From IMG/VR virus record IMGVR_UViG_3300037455_000492: a DNA stretch of 20,000 nt, one strand, 5' to 3'. The position numbers and the translations under genes are program-made. This stretch comes from an uncultured virus (IMG/VR IMGVR_UViG_3300037455_000492) (taxonomy: Duplodnaviria; Heunggongvirae; Uroviricota; Caudoviricetes). Numbering within the stretch: position 1 is the stretch's first letter; the number at the start of each line of letters is the position of its first letter. Under the pieces are notes generated by a model. The model was not told the DNA's origin and did no database searches. It saw only the letters and a list, made by a program, of their open reading frames with translations. Positions 16,403 through 20,000 of the stretch are shown here, one piece after another.

Positions 16403-16421
16403 ACCCTAAAAAAATATAATT

Positions 16422-16856
16422 ATGGACATTAACGAACACGAATTATTGGTAAGCGAACTTTCCAAATTGTTGCCTTACAACATTATATGTGAAACCGATG
16501 ACGGGAAAGGCACGTTGGTTTCAGTCGAGCCTACTTCAGATTTGGCTTACGTGGAATTTCGTTCAAACGTAGATGCCGAGGAATACGAAATATGGGACGG
16601 CACATTAAAACCGTACTTGCGCCCGCTGTCAAGTATGACAAAAGAGGAGGAAACGGAATATAAAAACCTTTTCGAGTATGAGGAGCGCGAATACAACCAA
16701 GGATGCAATTTCTATGACGAATGGAAAATTGACATCGATGACCAATGCAGGCTGATGGAAGTCGCCGATTGGCTCTACAAACATCACTTTGACTGCCGTG
16801 GTCTTATCGGAAAAGGATTGGCAATCGAAGCCCCAGAGAATATGTACACGAAATAA
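16422..16856 (+). CDS. paralog family copy 14
   Basis: LLVSELSKLLPYN...KPYLRPLSSMTKEE...DWLYKHHFDCRGLIGKGLAIEAPENMY. Confidence 0.9.
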   Translation: MDINEHELLVSELSKLLPYNIICETDDGKGTLVSVEPTSDLAYVEFRSNVDAEEYEIWDGTLKPYLRPLSSMTKEEETEYKNLFEYEEREYNQGCNFYDEWKIDIDDQCRLMEVADWLYKHHFDCRGLIGKGLAIEAPENMYTK

Positions 16857-16864
16857 CGGGTAAT

Positions 16865-17287
16865 ATGGAAAAGGAACAAGAAACACTGCTTGTGAAAGTT
16901 CTGTGCGGAGGAATCCCGCACAAGTGGAACATTGAAATCACCGACACCAATGAAACGGAGGAACTGTATTCCGTTGAGGAAGTCGGTCAATGGGTTGTCA
17001 ACGGCAGAATCCCGACAGAGAACGTGAAGCCGTATCTGCGACCGCTGTCGTCTATGACGGAGGATGAACTCAACGAAATCAAAAGGCGTTGGCTGTTCAC
17101 GCAGAACTGTAATGATGACGGGAACATATCCGAACTGTTCGACAGAGGTCGCCTTGAACTGTGTTCGGTTTTTATTATGCTCGATTGGTTCAACGCCCAC
17201 CGCTTTGACTACTGCGGTCTGATTGAAAAGGGGCTTGCACTTGAAGCCCCCGAAGGTATGTACGGAAAGGGGGAACACAATGCGTGA
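16865..17287 (+). CDS. paralog family copy 15
   Basis: LLVKVLCGGIPH...KPYLRPLSSMTEDE...DWFNAHRFDYCGLIEKGLALEAPEGMY. Confidence 0.9.
   Translation: MEKEQETLLVKVLCGGIPHKWNIEITDTNETEELYSVEEVGQWVVNGRIPTENVKPYLRPLSSMTEDELNEIKRRWLFTQNCNDDGNISELFDRGRLELCSVFIMLDWFNAHRFDYCGLIEKGLALEAPEGMYGKGEHNA
17214..17262 (+). repeat. 49-bp exact direct repeat, copy B
   Basis: Identical to 16350-16398. Confidence 0.9.
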
Positions 17288-17840
17288 TACCGAATACAAA
17301 GGCGTAATCACCAAGGAATTGTTCCAACTGTATGTCACGCGGTTTTTCGCAGGAATGCCATACGGGATAAAGGCGAACCTCGGTGGTGAAACGCAACTCA
17401 CCGTCACGGTGTACGGCATTTCAATCAAGGAAAATCTCAACAAAAAGGAATGCCTCAAATACGAACACGATTCTCATCTTACCCTATGCGAAGCATTCGC
17501 CTTGCTCTACAATGATATTACGGACATTAGGACATTCGGCAAACTGATATGCGACAAGAATGACTATGTTTACTCACTTATAGATTACCACAGACGTTCC
17601 GACACTGATGAATGGGTGAACGATGTTGTCAAACCGTATCTCCGACCGATTGCAAGTATGACAGAGGCGGAGAAAGCGGAATTCGACAGCCTGCCGAAAG
17701 GATACACGGCAGACATCAGCGGAGATAGGATTATGATACCGATGTACGTGGATTGGCTCAATGCCCGCCATTTCGATTACAGCGGTCTGATAGAAAAAGG
17801 ACTTGCATTGGAAGCACCAATCGATTTATACGAATTATGA
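17280..17840 (+). CDS. paralog family copy 16 (long first variable segment)
   Basis: FFAGMPYGI...~88 aa...KPYLRPIASMTEAE...DWLNARHFDYSGLIEKGLALEAP; ATG at 17280. Confidence 0.9.
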   Translation: MRDTEYKGVITKELFQLYVTRFFAGMPYGIKANLGGETQLTVTVYGISIKENLNKKECLKYEHDSHLTLCEAFALLYNDITDIRTFGKLICDKNDYVYSLIDYHRRSDTDEWVNDVVKPYLRPIASMTEAEKAEFDSLPKGYTADISGDRIMIPMYVDWLNARHFDYSGLIEKGLALEAPIDLYEL

Positions 17841-18265
17841 GAAAGGAAAAAATAGAACTGCTGAAGCAGGATTTGTACGCGAGAATACCTTACGGGGTAA
17901 AGGCGAAAGCCATATACATCGAGCCTTGGACAACAGCGGGTCGCGATGTCGAAGGCATCGTGCAAAGCGCATACCTTGACAGCGTTGTGATTAACCGTTG
18001 CCATTGCGAATTGAGAAACACCGTTCTGTTTCTGCGCCCGATGTCCGACATCACGAAAGAAGAGAAAGAATATGTTTCCAAGGAATTGGGATTCGACATA
18101 GACACGGACAACGTGATATGGGGCGGCATTGACACGGTTCTCGGAACTCCTCTCCCATTTAATTTGGACGATATGACAAAACTGTTCTCTTGGCTCAACA
18201 AAAACCAATTCGACTACAGAGGACTTATAGAAAAAGGTTTGGCAATAGCATTTAAAAAGGAATAA
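17837..18265 (+). CDS. paralog family copy 17
   Basis: LLKQDLYARIPYGV...LFLRPMSDITKEE...WLNKNQFDYRGLIEKGLAI; ATG at 17837. Confidence 0.9.
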   Translation: MRKEKIELLKQDLYARIPYGVKAKAIYIEPWTTAGRDVEGIVQSAYLDSVVINRCHCELRNTVLFLRPMSDITKEEKEYVSKELGFDIDTDNVIWGGIDTVLGTPLPFNLDDMTKLFSWLNKNQFDYRGLIEKGLAIAFKKE

Positions 18266-18267
18266 TT

Positions 18268-18492
18268 ATGGAAACCGCTTTCATTACATTGACAATCGTA
18301 TATGCCGTGGTCTTGGTCGCCGACCTAATCATATTGGGCAAATACTGCGATGCTGGATATATGGGTTATCCAGACGAATGGCACTCCGCCAAAGCGGAGA
18401 AAGTGCATTATGCACTCGGAACTGCAATGATAGTCTTGACGGTCATTGTGTGCGTGTTAGGAATAATATTATCAATCACAACAAAATCATAG
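18268..18492 (+). CDS. small two-TM membrane protein
   Basis: Two ~20-aa hydrophobic segments separated by a short loop. Confidence 0.75.
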   Translation: METAFITLTIVYAVVLVADLIILGKYCDAGYMGYPDEWHSAKAEKVHYALGTAMIVLTVIVCVLGIILSITTKS

Positions 18493-18494
18493 AT

Positions 18495-18914
18495 ATGGAA
18501 AACATCAAACCAAAAGGAATTGAATCCCTTGTTAATGTCATACAAAAGGCTGTGAACAAGGAATGCGGTTTGCCCGAAGGGTACAACGCAGACATTGAAG
18601 TAGTTGAATCCGACAGCGATGAAAGCATATTCGGATTTGAGGTGATAGGATTCACCGTAACTGACGAACACGGGAACTTTGTCGGCGGGACTTTCAGAAA
18701 CGAAAAGGAAGTCCGTGCGTTTTTCGAAAGCGGCTTATACAAAAGCGGGGATTCACTCGCCGAAAACTATGTAAAAGGCGTGAGGGAGAGCGGCACTATA
18801 CTGACGTGGGATACCGTTATGACAGCGTTCTGCGCGGGTATGGAAGAGCAACGATTGCGAAACAAGAAGTTCGAAGCATATATGCAACATATATCGGATG
18901 ACGATGACGAATAA
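18495..18914 (+). CDS. acidic hypothetical protein
   Basis: ATG at 18495, 139 aa, last + strand gene before the terminator. Confidence 0.75.
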   Translation: MENIKPKGIESLVNVIQKAVNKECGLPEGYNADIEVVESDSDESIFGFEVIGFTVTDEHGNFVGGTFRNEKEVRAFFESGLYKSGDSLAENYVKGVRESGTILTWDTVMTAFCAGMEEQRLRNKKFEAYMQHISDDDDE

Positions 18915-18916
18915 AG

Positions 18917-18945
18917 AAAACGGGCTGATTGTTCAGCCCGTTTTT
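18917..18945. terminator. bidirectional intrinsic terminator
   Basis: AAAACGGGCTGA-TTGT-TCAGCCCGTTTTT perfect stem between convergent genes. Confidence 0.9.
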
Positions 18946-18962
18946 GTTTGATTGTCATCAGA

Positions 18963-19376
18963 TTATATTTCGTTATGCTTTCTTTTGATAAGTTCCAAAA
19001 GTTCTTCGGTTGTCGAAAATTCTTCCCCGTCATAATAAAACTCAAGCGGACGGGTACTCAACACTATCTTGTCTGCTTCCTCTGAAGTCACATCTTGGTT
19101 TTCAACAAGGTCTCGAACATAAGTGTCGAAAATTGATTGATAATATGCGTTTGTTATATCGCTGACATCATTGATACCCAAACTGCTCATAGCACTCTCA
19201 AATTCTTCTTCACCGTAATCCAAATCTGGACAAAGTTCATCAAACTTATTCAAATCTGATTCATACATACCGAGGCAACCACTCAAGAAAAAGTTTGAAT
19301 ATGAATCATCACCAAGTGATTCGTTAATTTTACGAGAATGATTTTTCATCTCATCAATTCTTTTAATGTGTGTCAT
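18963..19376 (-). CDS. late-expressed acidic protein, putative internal virion protein
   Basis: Preceded by CGTATAAATA; N-terminus MTHIKRIDEMKNHSRKINES; remainder strongly acidic. Confidence 0.75.
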   Translation of the reverse strand: MTHIKRIDEMKNHSRKINESLGDDSYSNFFLSGCLGMYESDLNKFDELCPDLDYGEEEFESAMSSLGINDVSDITNAYYQSIFDTYVRDLVENQDVTSEEADKIVLSTRPLEFYYDGEEFSTTEELLELIKRKHNEI

Positions 19377-19395
19377 ATTTCAAATTATATTTTAT

Positions 19396-19405
19396 TATTT
19401 ATACG
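19396..19405 (-). promoter_or_regulatory. T4-type late promoter CGTATAAATA
   Basis: Immediately after the TAG of the upstream gene and 19 nt before ATG 19376; same box and spacing as 15051-15060. Confidence 0.75.
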
Positions 19406-19999
19406 CTATTTGTTCTCACGAACATCCTCATAGTTGGATTTGAGCGCAGGCTTGTATTCGCGCCTGCTCAAATAGACACGCTGTTTCAGATTGTTCGGAT
19501 TGTCGGTGTCAACCTCGTCCATATAGATTTCAAAGCCCGTGACAACATACCAACCGCTCAAACTCTCGTTGAGAGTTTCACCCGCCTTGTTGAGCGGGTC
19601 TGCCGCGCCGTTTGTCGCGAACTCCGAGTAAACACCCGCCTTCTTCGCCTCATTGACACCTTCTTCCGTTTCAAGGTCAAACCTCGGCGTGGTGTCGCTC
19701 TGTATTGACGGATGGTCTTTTAGGTTGAGCGTTTCACCCTTTTCGTTTTCAAGAACGGAATCCTCCGTCAGATTCGGGTTTTCGGTCAACGCCCCCTGCC
19801 CCATATCGTTCTTCTCGAACACTATGAGTTTGATTCTCGAAAACCTCGTTATCGCGGGATTGACTGCGGGCAGTTCAACCACCATACCGAATTTCGCCAT
19901 ATCGTTCAGATTCATTTGGTTGTTCACCTCGGCATAGTAGAAGTTATCGTCCATATGGTCGTTGACAACGCCATTGAACGTGTAGGTTTTGAGATTCTC
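19406..19999 (-). CDS. C-terminal part of a larger protein, possibly baseplate hub/gp27-like structural protein (partial)
   Basis: Frame is open to the window edge (ENLKTYTFNGVVNDHMDDNF...); C-terminal LSGWYVVTGFEIY...VYLSRRE resembles the SGxYxV beta-barrel end of hub/late-control-D proteins. Confidence 0.45.
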   Translation of the reverse strand, partial: ENLKTYTFNGVVNDHMDDNFYYAEVNNQMNLNDMAKFGMVVELPAVNPAITRFSRIKLIVFEKNDMGQGALTENPNLTEDSVLENEKGETLNLKDHPSIQSDTTPRFDLETEEGVNEAKKAGVYSEFATNGAADPLNKAGETLNESLSGWYVVTGFEIYMDEVDTDNPNNLKQRVYLSRREYKPALKSNYEDVRENK

Positions 20000-20000
20000 C

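Noticed and set aside
17167..17178. CGGTTTTTATTAT resembling the early promoter motif
   Set aside because: Lies inside the coding sequence of copy 15 and lacks the final AT of the motif
3533..18265. Diversity-generating retroelement as the source of paralog variation
   Set aside because: No reverse transcriptase in the window, no TR/VR pair differing only at adenines, and the variation involves large length changes
3533..18265. CRISPR array or integron cassette array
   Set aside because: The repeated blocks are in-frame coding motifs with synonymous variation and irregular spacing; there are no attC-like palindromes, integrase or cas genes
1..20000. Alternative genetic code (TAG or TGA reassignment)
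   Set aside because: Genes tile the window under code 11; TAG and TGA both end genes at positions followed closely by the next ATG and do not interrupt conserved domains

Overview
Densely coding, almost certainly phage-derived window (likely a large, T4-like/jumbo-type phage of a Bacteroidota host: no Shine-Dalgarno sites, A/T-rich start contexts, T4-type TATAAATA late promoter boxes). About 45 short, tightly coupled + strand ORFs (early/accessory-type region) are interrupted by two convergent - strand units, each ending at a bidirectional hairpin terminator. The dominant feature is an expanded paralog family: 17 genes carrying 18 domain copies, about 8.4 kb or ~42% of the window. Each copy keeps three conserved blocks (LLxxDLxARLPYGV / KPYLRPMSSMTEEE / DWLNxHHFDYRGLIEKGLALE) around two variable segments that differ in length and sequence. 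Variants include a tandem-domain copy and a membrane-anchored copy, there is an apparent remnant, and two otherwise divergent copies share an exact 49-bp block. Recognisable genes are a divergent CoaD (phosphopantetheine adenylyltransferase), a Pth2-like peptidyl-tRNA hydrolase, a frameshifted DUF285/BspA-type repeat gene, a possible MazG-fold protein with basic residues in place of the acidic motif, and a partial putative baseplate-hub-like gene. Two - strand genes share a CGTATAAATA box at identical spacing and a M-x-HI-x-x-IDEM leader resembling a capsid-targeting peptide. All family assignments are by eye; no searches were run.
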